DNA from: an uncultured bacterium | GTDB lineage: Bacteria > Verrucomicrobiota > Verrucomicrobiia > Limisphaerales > UBA8199 | Reading direction: 5' to 3' | Assembly (NCBI GenBank): GCA_963749495.1 | Contig: CAVVMW010000004.1 | Location: forward strand, 32,001 to 96,000 | Length of the DNA stretch: 64,000 nucleotides | In this document: positions 43,992-55,815 of the stretch, piece by piece | Layout of the letters: each line of letters opens with the position of its first letter | Position numbering within the stretch: the stretch's first letter is position 1 | The notes under the pieces: model-generated | The model's input: only the letters and a program-made list of their open reading frames with translations | What the model was told of the DNA's origin: nothing | The model's database searches: none | Program-made: the position numbers and the translations under genes

Positions 43992-45074
43992 CTAGCTACA
44001 TACGTTCTGTTTGTTGAGCTTCGCCAAATACTCCCTGAATCGCTTTACAAGCACTGCATGTCGCGCCACATGGCTGCGCTCGTCGTCCGTGCTCCGGTTG
44101 AATCTGTCGAAGGTTAACAATTCGCTGTCAGCATCTGCCGCCGTCGCGGGGTTGCCCGCCGCCTCGCGGTTTTCCTTCCTCGATTTCTCGAAGGCGTTCA
44201 AGAACTCCCTGACGTACTGGTCCTGCTTACTGTCATTTTGACGGACGAACCAATAGTAAACTGGAAATACACCCGCAGACCGAAGCAATGGATCGCGCGG
44301 CAAAAAAATCTCGGACATGCGATCTAGCGTATCAATGACCCTCCGGCTGGGCAGCTCAATCTTTTCTCTCGGCTGCTTCTTTGCCTCCTTCGTGAATTTG
44401 GTCAAATGTGCTTTCTTTGTCTCGACCGGTTTGCCGTAATATTCAAAAATAAGAAGCTTAGTAGCAGCATTCTTGTCTTGCGCGCGCTTCGTCGGGAATG
44501 AAATGCAAGATTTAAAGAGCTCGTGACGGATAAGGAGTCGGTTAATCTCAGTCACCGGTCCTGCCATCGCATTTCGAATCTCGGCTCCAGTAAGCGGCTT
44601 GCTCCGATTGAGTCTAACAAACAGCTCATCAATCTTTTCTTGTTCGTCAGTTACTACGTGAACTACAGAGAGGGGCCAAGTGTTGAAAATGTCCGCGACT
44701 TCGGGATAGAGCTTGGTCAAATCCGGATAACCAAGCCCGGCAAGCTTTAGCTTGCCATTCTGTTGGAACAGGAACTCATCGTCGAGAACGAGATCACCAG
44801 TGTAAAAATCAAAGATCGCCTCCAGGCGTTGCTTCCCATCAATAATGGCATACGGAAGACCTTTTCTGTTGAGCTTAACAATGCCGACGGTGAAGTCGGC
44901 CATGTAAATCTTTGGTATGTCATAGCCGTTGAGGATCGAATCAATCAGGAATGCCTTGTCCGCTCGTGACCAGAGCCGCCCCTCTCTTTGGTACTCCGGT
45001 TGCATGTCGATTTTGGTGCGTTGGGATACCCACCATATCACAGGTTTCGGCTCTAGTTTTAGAATTTGAAACAT
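43992..45074 (-). CDS. DUF262 (ParB/GmrS-like) domain protein
   Basis: PEYQR, IDGKQRL, FVRLN. Confidence 0.85.
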   Translation of the reverse strand: MFQILKLEPKPVIWWVSQRTKIDMQPEYQREGRLWSRADKAFLIDSILNGYDIPKIYMADFTVGIVKLNRKGLPYAIIDGKQRLEAIFDFYTGDLVLDDEFLFQQNGKLKLAGLGYPDLTKLYPEVADIFNTWPLSVVHVVTDEQEKIDELFVRLNRSKPLTGAEIRNAMAGPVTEINRLLIRHELFKSCISFPTKRAQDKNAATKLLIFEYYGKPVETKKAHLTKFTKEAKKQPREKIELPSRRVIDTLDRMSEIFLPRDPLLRSAGVFPVYYWFVRQNDSKQDQYVREFLNAFEKSRKENREAAGNPATAADADSELLTFDRFNRSTDDERSHVARHAVLVKRFREYLAKLNKQNVCS

Positions 45075-45076
45075 GA

Positions 45077-45893
45077 TTACACCTGGAATGAAAACTCCCG
45101 CTTGATTTCGCGGGCGAGACCGTCCAGCTCGGGGAAGACTACAGAGTCGGTGATCCCTTGGCGCCGGAGTGCCTCATAGAAGTGCGGTAGTCTGCCTCTT
45201 CCTCAGCAGCAACTTCATGAGACAATCGGTAGGAAACCCCTCTGAATCGTACGCCAGTTCCATAGGTCGCGTATCCTTCCCGAAACACACGAATACACCT
45301 CGCTGCGCAACTATTCGTTGGCTGTTATGCGACCCGTATAGCGCGATGGGAGACGGCTTCATCGTGATCACGTTCGCAACTGGCTTGTATCCAGTGGCAT
45401 TCGGGTCATCTGTCGTAAGCACCGACCCAGGAAAGCTCTTCAGGTTGACCGAATGTTTGTTCCATTGCTCGGGATCCAACAGCCAGATAGACGCATCGCC
45501 GCTAAAGGTGGGCCGACCGGTCCTGCCGATTTTGTGAGACGCTAATGTCACTGCAAAAAACAACGCGATCAATGGACTCTCAGACGAATCGAGAAGTCTT
45601 GTCGGAACTCCATAGTGCTGCATAAGGAAGAGCCAATCCCACTCGTCGGTCAGGGGGCGCGAATGAAACGGAATGCTTCGTTGACGAAAACGGGCAAGCA
45701 ATTCTTTTTCGAGTACGAGGATTTCATCTATTGTCTGATGTTGTTTGTGCCTGTACAGCGACGGCCTTAAGGCGTGCGCAGCCTTCCCGCAGCCCCGATA
45801 CCTAAAGTATTTGTTGCGGTTGGAGCGCAGCCTCTCTACGAGGGAGATGTACGCTCCCAATGAATCGACGGATCTGACCTTGAGCGCGGGCAT
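45077..45893 (-). CDS. FRG domain protein, frameshift at ~45195
   Basis: YRG..LRPSLYR, MQHYGVPTRLLD, RIVAQRGVF; shifted frame GITDSVVFPELDGLAREIK. Confidence 0.85.
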
Positions 45894-46391
45894 TTCTAGA
45901 TCCTCTCCATTGAATGTAATCCCAGGATTTCTACCGGTTATTCGTTCGTCACCATGCTCCTTCCGGTAATCGGGACGAGCCCGCCTGGTGCTTGGCTCAA
46001 AGAGAGCCCGAGTAGAGGAGAAGCTCCGGGACCCGACAGGTCGTCCAGGATTCGTGACTATGCGTTGGTGCAGTGCGTTTTCGTTTCATCGTTCCGGCAT
46101 GCCATCGTGGCCGGCTCGATGTGCTGGACCTGGCGCTGGTCATGCACTCGGTCCGCCAGATCGGCGACCGCCTCAATCATCTTCATGCCGATGGGACATT
46201 CGACAAGTTTCGTGGTCAACGCAAGCAGAATCGAGGCACCACTTGGGGAGAAAGGCAGACCTTTTACGATGGAAGCCGCTGGCTGGCTGGCTGGCAGATC
46301 TCTTTGGTTGGCGGAAGCCGACCGTAAAGCGGTCAATGACAATGTGACATCTGGTCGAACGCCGAGCGCGGCTAGTGGTCACGCGGGAGGC

Positions 46392-46612
46392 AGGGCTCGA
46401 AAATTGCGCATCCAATACCCTGGGGCGACGTTCCACGTCATGAACCGGGGTGACCGGCAGGAGCCGATCCTCGGCGATGACCGGGACCGGGAGCGGTTCC
46501 TGGAAAGGCTGGCTGAGCTGAGGCGTGTCGAAAGGCGCAGAGGGCCTGAAAGGGCTGGTGTGGACCGAAGATGCTCTGATGGCGAAGCGCACAGGGGATT
46601 CGAGCAAGCGCA
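46392..46612 (+). pseudogene. Internally deleted RAYT (REP-associated tyrosine transposase) remnant
   Basis: ARKLRIQYPGATFHVMNRGDRQEPI..DRERFL N-terminus fused directly to a C-terminal fragment. Confidence 0.7.
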
Positions 46613-46748
46613 AGCCGATCCCGCCTGATAATGCAGATCTCGACCCTCAACTTATTGGAGGCGGCCGGCCACCCTCTCTCGTTGAAGGAAAACGCCCGGC
46701 CTGAGCACACGCAGCCCGTAGAACGGCTTTTCCATGAAGCCTCCAAAG

Positions 46749-46958
46749 TCACGCTCGTCCAGTGCCCTCAGGGAACCGCTGCATATCCGCCTCATCGCGC
46801 GCAATCCAACCGGCGATTTGTTCGCGGGCGAATTGGCGCGGCTCAGGCAGCTTGGCGCCTTGCGCCCGCAGACGGGCCGCCAGGAACAACAAGAGTTCCT
46901 GCTTCTGCTCCGGCGTCAGGGCGTCTGCCGCAGCTTCGATTTCGGCGAGCGTGCTCAT
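46749..46958 (-). CDS. Small antitoxin-like hypothetical protein
   Basis: MSTLAEIEAAADALTPEQKQEL; the sequence just downstream encodes only a short fragment (FYGLRVLRPGVFL) resembling a PIN C-terminus. Confidence 0.55.
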   Translation of the reverse strand: MSTLAEIEAAADALTPEQKQELLLFLAARLRAQGAKLPEPRQFAREQIAGWIARDEADMQRFPEGTGRA

Positions 46959-47041
46959 CGTGAAACCATACGCGAGCGCCCTCCAAACGACAAGCGCGGC
47001 AACCGACTCTCCACCCGAATGGGCGCCTCCTGAGACTGGTC

Positions 47042-47155
47042 CCGGAGTGCGCCCGTCCCCGGGCGCAGCAGCGACGGAGCGGTCACGCGCGCCAGGGTGT
47101 TTGACCGCTCCCCTGGCTCGGGACGTCGCTGCGCCCGGGGACGGGCGCACTCCGG
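47042..47155. repeat. REP-like inverted repeat
   Basis: CCGGAGTGCGCCCGTCCCCGGGCGCAGC..GCTGCGCCCGGGGACGGGCGCACTCCGG. Confidence 0.75.
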
Positions 47156-47240
47156 TCCGGCCACCGGCGGCGGGGGGCTAAAAAACCATTGAGAAATCGG
47201 AGGGCAAAGGGTAGGCTTAGTCATAATAGAATTTCAGTGC

Positions 47241-47441
47241 ATGCTCGACGAAGCACAAAAAAAACGAATACGGCTTTACAGCCCCAAACAGCGGGGCCAG
47301 CTCAAAGCAGAGCGAAGGCGCGCTGATGCGGCAGAAGCCGCGCGTGGAAATGCAGAGGGGGTTCAGGAAAGGAACCGGGCACTGCCGCCTGCGTCTCAAT
47401 TGGTGTTTTCCGACAAGGAAGAGCCAATGCCCACAGAATGA
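47241..47441 (+). CDS. Small hypothetical protein
   Basis: ATGA overlap with the next gene; AT-rich upstream region. Confidence 0.5.
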   Translation: MLDEAQKKRIRLYSPKQRGQLKAERRRADAAEAARGNAEGVQERNRALPPASQLVFSDKEEPMPTE

Positions 47442-48240
47442 AGAGGCGAGTAAGCCCTCATGAGATCAGGCCCATCCTCGAGGCCATCGCGCAGACAGGC
47501 GCTGTGATCATCGGGGGACAAGCCGTTAATCTTTTGGCAGAACGCTACCACAAGGAATCGCCCCCTTGGACAGAGCTTCGCCCCTACACCAGCTTCGATC
47601 TGGACGTTTTGGGAAACCGAGCCGACGTTTTGAAGTGCTGCCGGGCGCTCGACGCGGCCCCGTTTTTCCCGCTCCCTTCCGAAAACACGGTGAACTCCGG
47701 AAAAATCGTCACAAAAGTTGAGGGGCTCGGATTTTGAAATAGATTTTCTGCACAGCCCCAACGGGCTGTCCCCCGCCGAGGTGACCGAACTCGCCCGAAC
47801 CGTCACTTTTGCGGCAATACCGCTTAAGGTCCTGCACCCGCTGCATTGTGTGGAGAGCAAGACGGTGAACCTGGCCACCATGCCTCAAGGCGCAGGGGAC
47901 CGGCAGGACCTCAAACACCTGCGTCTTTCTATCGCAATCTTGCGTGAACACCTCATGAAACTGACAGGACCGAGGCTCCGAGCAACTGCTCTTGCGCTGG
48001 GCACACCGGATACGCACGAACTCAAATCACGATCTGGGGCTCCAAGCCGCGATAAAACACGGCATCAATTATCAAGAAGCGATCCCTGCGCACATGTGGC
48101 GAGAGCGTCCAGGTCCCCTCGCAGATTTCGTGAAGAAGGAATGGCGAGAATGGGAGGATGAAATCAGAGAGAAGACCTCGGATCTCCGAGACCTTGAGAC
48201 CTGGCTCAAATCGCTTCATGACAAGCCCAGCGGGGCGTAG
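47438..48240 (+). CDS. Nucleotidyltransferase-fold (AbiEii-like) protein, frameshifts at ~47720 and ~47970
   Basis: IIGGQAVN..SFDLDV; IDFL; VLHPLHCVESK..QDLKH across three frames. Confidence 0.55.
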
Positions 48241-48392
48241 GCGCGTTTCAGCTCCGGATTGCGGTTGATTCGACCGCCTTGGCGCAGGCGCTGCTGCCGA
48301 TCCAACTCGCGCACCTCGTTGAGGACAAGGGTTGGGCGGCCTGACTCTGTTGCCCTTTTCTCCGCAGGCCAGTTGCCGAGGTGCTCAGAAGG

Positions 48393-49291
48393 TCACGATC
48401 TCAGGTACCCCAGTTTGCGGAGGTAGTGGAGGAAGCCGCGAGCGCAGGCATCGAGGTTTTGTTCAGCGCCGCCGCCGCGCAAGGGCGAGCACATCTCGTA
48501 GTTGAGCCAGCCGTCGAAGGCGCCGTCGCGCAGGCCGCGGAGGAAGGAGGGGTAGTCGATGAACCCCTCGCCCATGGGAACGGCGCGGACCAAGTCGGGC
48601 TGCAGGGGGCGGTAATTGACGCAGTCGGGGACGTAGCCAAAGCGGGGAAGACGCAGATAATCGGCGCAGGTGGTGGCCACGGTGAACGGGGCCGCCTTCT
48701 TTGCGGCCGCATAGAGGTCCTCGCCGCGCAGGGCGGGCGACCAGGCATCGAACATCAGTTTCACATTGGGCCGGGCTATGTCCCGCAGCAATTCCAGCAG
48801 CGCATCGGTGTGCAGCCCGATATCGTGGTGGTTTTGGATGCCCAAGGTCACGCCAAACGGCTGGGCGGCGTCCGCGCACCAGCGCAGGGCCTCGACGCAG
48901 CGGTTCCACAGGAGCGCCGGCGAGTGTCGATCCGATTCGTAGCCGGTGAAGACGCGGACCAGGCCGCAGTCCAGGTCCGAGGCCAGCCGGGCCAGTTCCC
49001 GGACATACGCCACCTGCATCTCGACCAGCGGCACCTCGGGCACTCGAGGCCGGCGGTGAAACTGGTATAGCCGGCGACGCAGGCAACTTCCAATCCCGCC
49101 CCGCGCAACCGGTCGCGCAGTTCCTGCCGGCGCGCGGGGTCCAGGTCCAGGGCCGAGGCGTGAGGCCGTTTGCCCATCAGCATCACCCCTTGATAACCCA
49201 GCGCCTTGGCCCGCTCGATGAAGGAGGCGAGGTCCAATGCGCTTTGGCCCCACAGCCCGGCGTAGCTGACGGAGAAAAGAGAGGGTTTCAC
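48393..49291 (-). CDS. Sugar phosphate isomerase/epimerase (AP endonuclease 2 fold), frameshift at ~49040
   Basis: AKALGYQGV, VRVFTG, QNHHD, PMGEGFIDY; GTGA overlap with the upstream gene. Confidence 0.75.
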
Positions 49292-50553
49292 GGGGACGCA
49301 ACTCGCACCAGTTTTCCCCCTCCCGGCGGCAGGCGAAGTTCGACGCGCGGCCCTCCGGCGCGCGACCATTGGCCGGTGGCGGCATCGAAGAGTTCGAGCG
49401 GGGCGGGGCCGCGAATTGCCGTGACCGCCTCGGAGGCATAGTCGAGGTTCACCACCAGGACGTGCGTCGGCTGCGGGGCGCTGCCGGGGTTGGCCGGAGG
49501 CCCGAAATATCCCAGCAAGATGCCCTTGACGGGCTGCGGGGGTTTGTAATCCATTGGTGGGGGAGGGGGATCCAGAGCGAAGGCGGCATCTTTGGGCAAG
49601 GACTCTGCGCCCGGGGGCGACATGCCGGCGTGATAGACGCCCAGCGATTGGAGCGACTGCACCTGTTGCGCCACCGCCGCGAATTCCCGGTTCAGGACCT
49701 TGAGCGGCCCGTAAAGCGGCGTCGGCGTGCCGTCGGCATTGGCGATGCCACCGCTGTGGCCGGGGCAACAATAGACATAATAGGAGATGCCCTGGGCGCC
49801 ATAGGCCAGGGTGGTATAGACCAGGTAACGCATCTCCTGGGGGTTGGGCACGCGGATCGAAGGGGTCCAGGAGGCAGCCTGCACGATATTGAGGAAGGGC
49901 AACCCGGCCTCCTGGGCGGCGCGGCGGATGAGGGCCAGGTTGAGGAAGTACTGGGCCGAATCTCCGTTGGCGGTGAACTGGTAATGGTCGTAGCTAATGA
50001 GACCCGGCTTGACGGTCTCGATGAACTGGCGCAGGTGCGCCCGGTAGGCGGTGAGGGTGTCGCCCTGGTTGCCGAGTTGTTCGTTCGAGGCGTAGGTGGG
50101 GAACAAGTTGATGTAGGCCAGGTGCGCCGGGTCGCGCTGGCGAAGGTAGGCCACCAGTTTGCCGAGCGCGGGGAAACTGGCGGCGCTGGGCTCGTCGGTG
50201 ATGAAATAGGAATACAGGGCGGGGTGCCCCCGCACGCGCGCAACCAGGGCGTCGAGCTTCTCCCGTTTGGCCGGGTCGTCGAGGGAGGCCGGCGCCAGGA
50301 GCGGATCCTGAAGCTGCGCGCGCAGACCGTGTCTGCCGACCAGGTCGAGGTCCTTTTCTGCGCACCAGACCAGGTTCCACCCGCCCTCGGCCATCTGGCG
50401 CGCGCTGGACTCGGTCATGGGCGGCCCGGCCCAATAGGTGACGATGGGCGCGCCCGGCCTCCATGAGGCGGCGGGCGGAGTGTCGGCTGCGCGGGAGGCC
50501 GAACACAGGGCCATCAGGACCCCAGACGCAACGGTCCAGAATTGAGGGTTCAT
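49288..50553 (-). CDS. Secreted hypothetical protein, glycoside-hydrolase-like TIM barrel
   Basis: Signal peptide; YFITDEP, YINLFP, ISYDHY, AYGAQGISYY. Confidence 0.65.
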   Translation of the reverse strand: MNPQFWTVASGVLMALCSASRAADTPPAASWRPGAPIVTYWAGPPMTESSARQMAEGGWNLVWCAEKDLDLVGRHGLRAQLQDPLLAPASLDDPAKREKLDALVARVRGHPALYSYFITDEPSAASFPALGKLVAYLRQRDPAHLAYINLFPTYASNEQLGNQGDTLTAYRAHLRQFIETVKPGLISYDHYQFTANGDSAQYFLNLALIRRAAQEAGLPFLNIVQAASWTPSIRVPNPQEMRYLVYTTLAYGAQGISYYVYCCPGHSGGIANADGTPTPLYGPLKVLNREFAAVAQQVQSLQSLGVYHAGMSPPGAESLPKDAAFALDPPPPPMDYKPPQPVKGILLGYFGPPANPGSAPQPTHVLVVNLDYASEAVTAIRGPAPLELFDAATGQWSRAGGPRVELRLPPGGGKLVRVASP

Positions 50554-50722
50554 ATCGCGTGCGCCATCATGCTGCAGCGCCTTTGCGGCGCAAGGAAAAA
50601 GCAAGAGAGGAACAGAAGGAAACCAACAGAAGGAACCGGAGGAAACGGAGAAGCAGAGGCCCCTCACCCCGTGGCGCTCCCACGTACAGTGTGGGCTGCG
50701 CCATGCATCTTTGGCCTCTGCA

Positions 50723-50760
50723 CTTTAGCCTTTAGCCTTCAGCCTTCAGCCTTCAGCCTT
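50723..50760. repeat. Heptamer tandem repeat (CTTYAGC)5
   Basis: ctttagc ctttagc cttcagc cttcagc cttcagc. Confidence 0.8.
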
Positions 50761-50822
50761 ACCCGGCCCCCCATTTTTTGCTCGCGTCGGCCGCAAGGTC
50801 CATCCTAAATAGCCGCATGCAC

Positions 50823-51770
50823 ATGAGAAGCCTTCTGTCCTCGACTCAGGAAGCAACCCAAACTCGGCGTGATTTTCTCCGCTCTCTGGGCGCGCTCGCG
50901 GCGGCCGGGGCGGCTGGGGCGGCATTGCCCGGCGGCGCCGGTGAAGTTGCCTTCGCTGCCGGCGGCAAGACGCTTGTCGGCTCCAACATCTATGGCTGGG
51001 GCCAGTATGCCCAACGCGACCACAAGGGCCTCGACATCGAGGAGGTCATCTCCGCCCTGCGGGACACTGGCTACGATTACCTGGAGAGCAACCTGGACGT
51101 GGCCCGGCCGGACGCGAACGCCAGGTTCGCCGAGCAACTCAGGGCCAAGGGCCTGCAACCGGTCAGCCTTTACACCGGCGCCAGGCTCCATGAAGCGGGC
51201 AAGGCCGGCGAGGTCGTGCGGCAGATCCTCGCCGCCGCCAAGGTCTGCCAGCAAGCCGGGTTCCAGGTCATCAGTTGCAATGCCGATCCCATCGGGCGTG
51301 AAAAGACCGATGAGGAACTCAAGACCCAGGCCGCGGCGCTGGAGGAGTTGGGAGAGGGTCTCAACGGCCTGGGCCTGAAGCTGGGCGTCCACCATCACAC
51401 GCCGGAAATGGCCACCCAGGCCCGCGAGTTTCACTACAACTTCCGCCACACCAAACCCGAGATGGTCGGCTTCTGCTACGATGTGCACTGGGTCTGGAAA
51501 GGGGGCGTGCAGCCGCTGGACGCCCTCAAGGAATACGGCGCGCGGGTCGTCACCTGGCACCTCCGCCAAAGCCGCAACGGCGTGTGGTGGGAGGACCTGG
51601 ACACCGGCGACATCAATTATGCCGCCGTGGCCCAATACGCCCGGGCGCATCGCCTGCCGCGCCGCTTCACCGTCGAACTGGCCCTCGAAAACGGCACGCA
51701 GATCACCCGCTCGGCCATCGAGAACCACCGCAGGAGCAGGGAGTTTGTCAGAAAAGTGTTCGGAGGGTAG
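50823..51770 (+). CDS. Tat-exported sugar phosphate isomerase/epimerase (IolE-like)
   Basis: TRRDFL Tat motif; HHHTPE, CYDVHW, WHLRQ, GDINY, TVE. Confidence 0.8.
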   Translation: MRSLLSSTQEATQTRRDFLRSLGALAAAGAAGAALPGGAGEVAFAAGGKTLVGSNIYGWGQYAQRDHKGLDIEEVISALRDTGYDYLESNLDVARPDANARFAEQLRAKGLQPVSLYTGARLHEAGKAGEVVRQILAAAKVCQQAGFQVISCNADPIGREKTDEELKTQAAALEELGEGLNGLGLKLGVHHHTPEMATQAREFHYNFRHTKPEMVGFCYDVHWVWKGGVQPLDALKEYGARVVTWHLRQSRNGVWWEDLDTGDINYAAVAQYARAHRLPRRFTVELALENGTQITRSAIENHRRSREFVRKVFGG

Positions 51771-51823
51771 GGGGGTGTGCGGGTGGTGCGATTAAACGCG
51801 CCGGGCATGCGTCGCGGGGGTTT

Positions 51824-52012
51824 TGTCCCGGAGGGACATTTGAGAATAGCCCAAGGTTTCAACCTTGGGTTCCGGGCGAAGATGCGCAAAGTCCCGAAGG
51901 GACGGCCGAACTCCTCCAGCGTTTCAGCCGTCGCTTCGGGACTCGGGGTGCCGGCGCATCCAACCCAACGTTGAAACGTTGGGCTATTGTCGGAAGCCCC
52001 TTCGGGGCAAAA
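51824..52012. repeat. REPIN-like element (GTCCCGGAGGGAC family)
   Basis: Same nested hairpin layout as 24003-24255. Confidence 0.75.
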
Positions 52013-52059
52013 AGGCGCCGTGGGATGACCGACAGTTTCAATCCCACTCGTGTGCAAGC

Positions 52060-52392
52060 TTACCCTAGCAACCGGTCGAAGCGGGTCTTGAGGTCTTTTT
52101 TGCTGCGCAGGCCCACGAGTTGTTCGGTGACCTGGCCCTTGTGAAAGAGGAGCAAGGTGGGGATGGATTGGATATTATACTGTGCAGCCAGGGCGGCGTG
52201 TTCGTCGATGTTCACCTTGCCAATGCGGACGCGGCCGTCATATTCGGCGGCCAGTTCATCGAGCAGAGGGGCGAGCATCTTGCAGGGGCCGCACCACTCG
52301 GCCCAGAAGTCCACGAGAATCGGCCCGGCCGGCTCGGTGACTTCCGTTGCGAAATTGGCCGGTGTCAAGGTAACGATATTGGGAGCTGCCAT
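52060..52392 (-). CDS. trxA: Thioredoxin
   Basis: DFWAEWCGPCK; 110 aa. Confidence 0.95.
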   Translation of the reverse strand: MAAPNIVTLTPANFATEVTEPAGPILVDFWAEWCGPCKMLAPLLDELAAEYDGRVRIGKVNIDEHAALAAQYNIQSIPTLLLFHKGQVTEQLVGLRSKKDLKTRFDRLLG

Positions 52393-52550
52393 AATCAGTG
52401 AATCCGTTTCCGGAGGCTGTCCATCTTGTCTTTAGACCAAATTGTGTTTTCCGTAAAAGGGGCGCCACGCCCGCCGTCCCAGGGGACGGAACGAATGCCG
52501 CCCTTCGGAGGCGCGGGTGCTGGAGCGGGAAGGAGCCGCGCCTGGGCCCG

Positions 52551-53069
52551 CTACCTGGGGCCTTGGATGGCCCCGAGATAGATGGCGCCAGTCGAGGCCC
52601 GTTCCGCCGCGCCGCCGCTCGGGGCCGAGGATGCGGGCAACTCGAGCTTCCAAATATACCCCATGCTCACGGCGGCCGCCAGGGCCAGAATCGCCGCGAC
52701 GATGGCCAGGACCTTGTCCAGTGTGCTGATCGAGGGCCCGCCGATGGGGGCGGCGACAGCGCGCGGGGCGCCCGCGGGCGGGGCCGGGCGCGAAGCGGTG
52801 GAGAGGGCCGGAGCCGCCACGGCTCGAGGAGCCGAGGGTGCGCCGTGAAGGGCGGGGGCAGCCGCCGGGCCGGCGGCAACCGGCGCCGCGACCCCCGCCG
52901 GCCCGCCCGCCGGCCCGCCCGGCGGCAGGGTCGGCAGTTTAATGGTCGGGGCGGCTGAGGGCTTGGGCGGCAAATTGATCCGGACAGTCTCCTTTTTGGG
53001 TTGGACCTTCCCGGTTTCCTTCTTCGGCGGCAATGCGCCACCCGGAACGTTGGGGATATTCTCAGCCAT
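52551..53069 (-). CDS. Pro/Ala-rich membrane-anchored hypothetical protein
   Basis: KKETVRINLPPKP, one TM segment; upstream TTGACA-17-TAGTAT at 53087-53115. Confidence 0.65.
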   Translation of the reverse strand: MAENIPNVPGGALPPKKETGKVQPKKETVRINLPPKPSAAPTIKLPTLPPGGPAGGPAGVAAPVAAGPAAAPALHGAPSAPRAVAAPALSTASRPAPPAGAPRAVAAPIGGPSISTLDKVLAIVAAILALAAAVSMGYIWKLELPASSAPSGGAAERASTGAIYLGAIQGPR

Positions 53070-53164
53070 AACGTTAATTTTCCTCGATACTACAGTTGTG
53101 CGGGGCGGGTGTCAAACCCATTCCGAGCCTGGTTTGCGCCCAGAGCGCATCCCGACACCGCCCG

Positions 53165-53317
53165 GTAGCGCAGACTTCCAAGTCTGCTGTATCGCGGGTT
53201 TCCAAACCCGCAGGCCGTCCGCAAACCGGGGGCGCTCGATGTGCCGACGCCCTGCCGATTGGAAATCGGCGATACAGCAGGTTTGGAAACCTGCGCTACA
53301 ACTTTGTCAACGGCCCT
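53165..53317. mobile_element. GGCCGTTGACA-family MITE, copy 4 (only one terminus)
   Basis: GTAGCGCAGACTTCCAAGTCTGC..GCAGGTTTGGAAACCTGCGCTACAACTTTGTCAACGGCCCT. Confidence 0.75.
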
Positions 53318-53447
53318 CGCGCTCTTGGGCGCAGGACCGATTTCTTCGAGCGCTCATGCTCCTTTCCCGCCGAGGGGGACGGCAGCGAAGGACTCTGTCC
53401 TGCGCCCTTGCGCTCACGGACCCCGCAGAACTCCGCCAACGGGTCAT

Positions 53448-53756
53448 TTAGCGGGTCGCCTGGCCGTCCGCGCGGGCGCCGCCGCCCCAACGGGGGGCTC
53501 GCTCCTCGCGGGGACGCGCCACGTTCACCGTCAGGGTGCGCCCCTGGAATTCCTTGTTATGGAACTGCTCGACGGCCTTGTTGGCCTCCTCGGCCGATCC
53601 AAATTCCACGAAGGCAAACCCCCGTGACCTGCCCGTGACCTTGTCCAGCATGAGATTGACCGAAGTCACCACGCCCGCCTGCGAGAAATAATCCTGCAGA
53701 TCGTTTTCCATCGTCTGGTAGGACAAGTTGCCCACGAAAAGCCTGTTCTGGTTCAT
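53448..53756 (-). CDS. RRM RNA-binding protein
   Basis: RNP2 LFVGNL, RNP1 RGFAFVEF, LTVNVARPRE. Confidence 0.93.
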   Translation of the reverse strand: MNQNRLFVGNLSYQTMENDLQDYFSQAGVVTSVNLMLDKVTGRSRGFAFVEFGSAEEANKAVEQFHNKEFQGRTLTVNVARPREERAPRWGGGARADGQATR

Positions 53757-54047
53757 ATACTCACGTCTGCTCAAGGAAACTATGTGCGGAGGACTGCAGC
53801 CCGGCAGGATCACTGAATGTCGTTTCTTCTAGTTTTTAGACTGACAATCTGTCTTCTGACACCGTCACGTTCGCTCTTTGAACGGACGCCCTCGTTTCTA
53901 CCAAACCCCGCCCCGGAGTCAAGCATTGTGTTTTTGATTGTGTTTTTCTTCGTTGACCTGGCGATTTGCGGCACTAAGATTCCCCCCCAAGTCGGTTTGA
54001 TTGCTTAATGAATTGAATCCAGATTGAACTGAGTTGAACTGAGTTGA

Positions 54048-55100
<1,053 letters not shown>

Positions 55101-55106
55101 CGAGTT

Positions 55107-55724
55107 TCAGTGCCCCTGGCCCTGGAGTTTCTTCTCCATCTTGTTGACCTTGGGCTGGATGATTGCGCGGCAATAGGGGTATTCGCGATTGTTGCGGTAA
55201 AAGTCCTGGTGGTAGCCCTCGGCCTTGTAGAAATGGGTCAGGGGCACGATCTGCGTCACAATCCGGCTGTGGAACTGGTGTTGGGCCTGGGCCTTGGATT
55301 TCTCCGCCGCCGCCTTCTGGGCCGCGTCGCGGTAGAGGATGATCGAGCGGTATTGCGTGCCAACGTCAGGACCCTGCTGGTCCAACGTGGTCGGGTCGTG
55401 CGCCTGCCAGAACGTCTCCAGGAGCTTCTCATACGTGACCACGTTCGGATCGAACTCGATCTGGATGACCTCCGCGTGGCCCGTCAGGCCCGTGCACACC
55501 TCTTTGTAAGTCGGGTTTGCCTTGGTTCCCCCGGCATACCCGGCGGTGACCGACTTGACCCCGGGCAGCATTCGAAACACCGCATCGGTGCACCAGAAAC
55601 ATCCGCCGCCCAGGACGGCCGTGTCCGCAGTCTTGGTTGAGTTGTCCATAGTTCCGCCTTGGCCGAGCGCCCCGGCGGTGCCGCCGAGCGCCAGCCCCAG
55701 GCACATTGCCATAATTGAGTTCAT
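55107..55724 (-). CDS. msrA: Peptide methionine sulfoxide reductase A with signal peptide
   Basis: GGGCFWC, GHAEV, GTQYRS, AEGYHQ. Confidence 0.95.
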   Translation of the reverse strand: MNSIMAMCLGLALGGTAGALGQGGTMDNSTKTADTAVLGGGCFWCTDAVFRMLPGVKSVTAGYAGGTKANPTYKEVCTGLTGHAEVIQIEFDPNVVTYEKLLETFWQAHDPTTLDQQGPDVGTQYRSIILYRDAAQKAAAEKSKAQAQHQFHSRIVTQIVPLTHFYKAEGYHQDFYRNNREYPYCRAIIQPKVNKMEKKLQGQGH

Positions 55725-55815
55725 TTGTGCGACTAATGTCGCCCAAAGCCGCCCAAGCGCAACTCGATTTATGGTGAGGGGCAGCGCCGGCCGCGAAGCG
55801 GGCTCGGCCAGCCCC

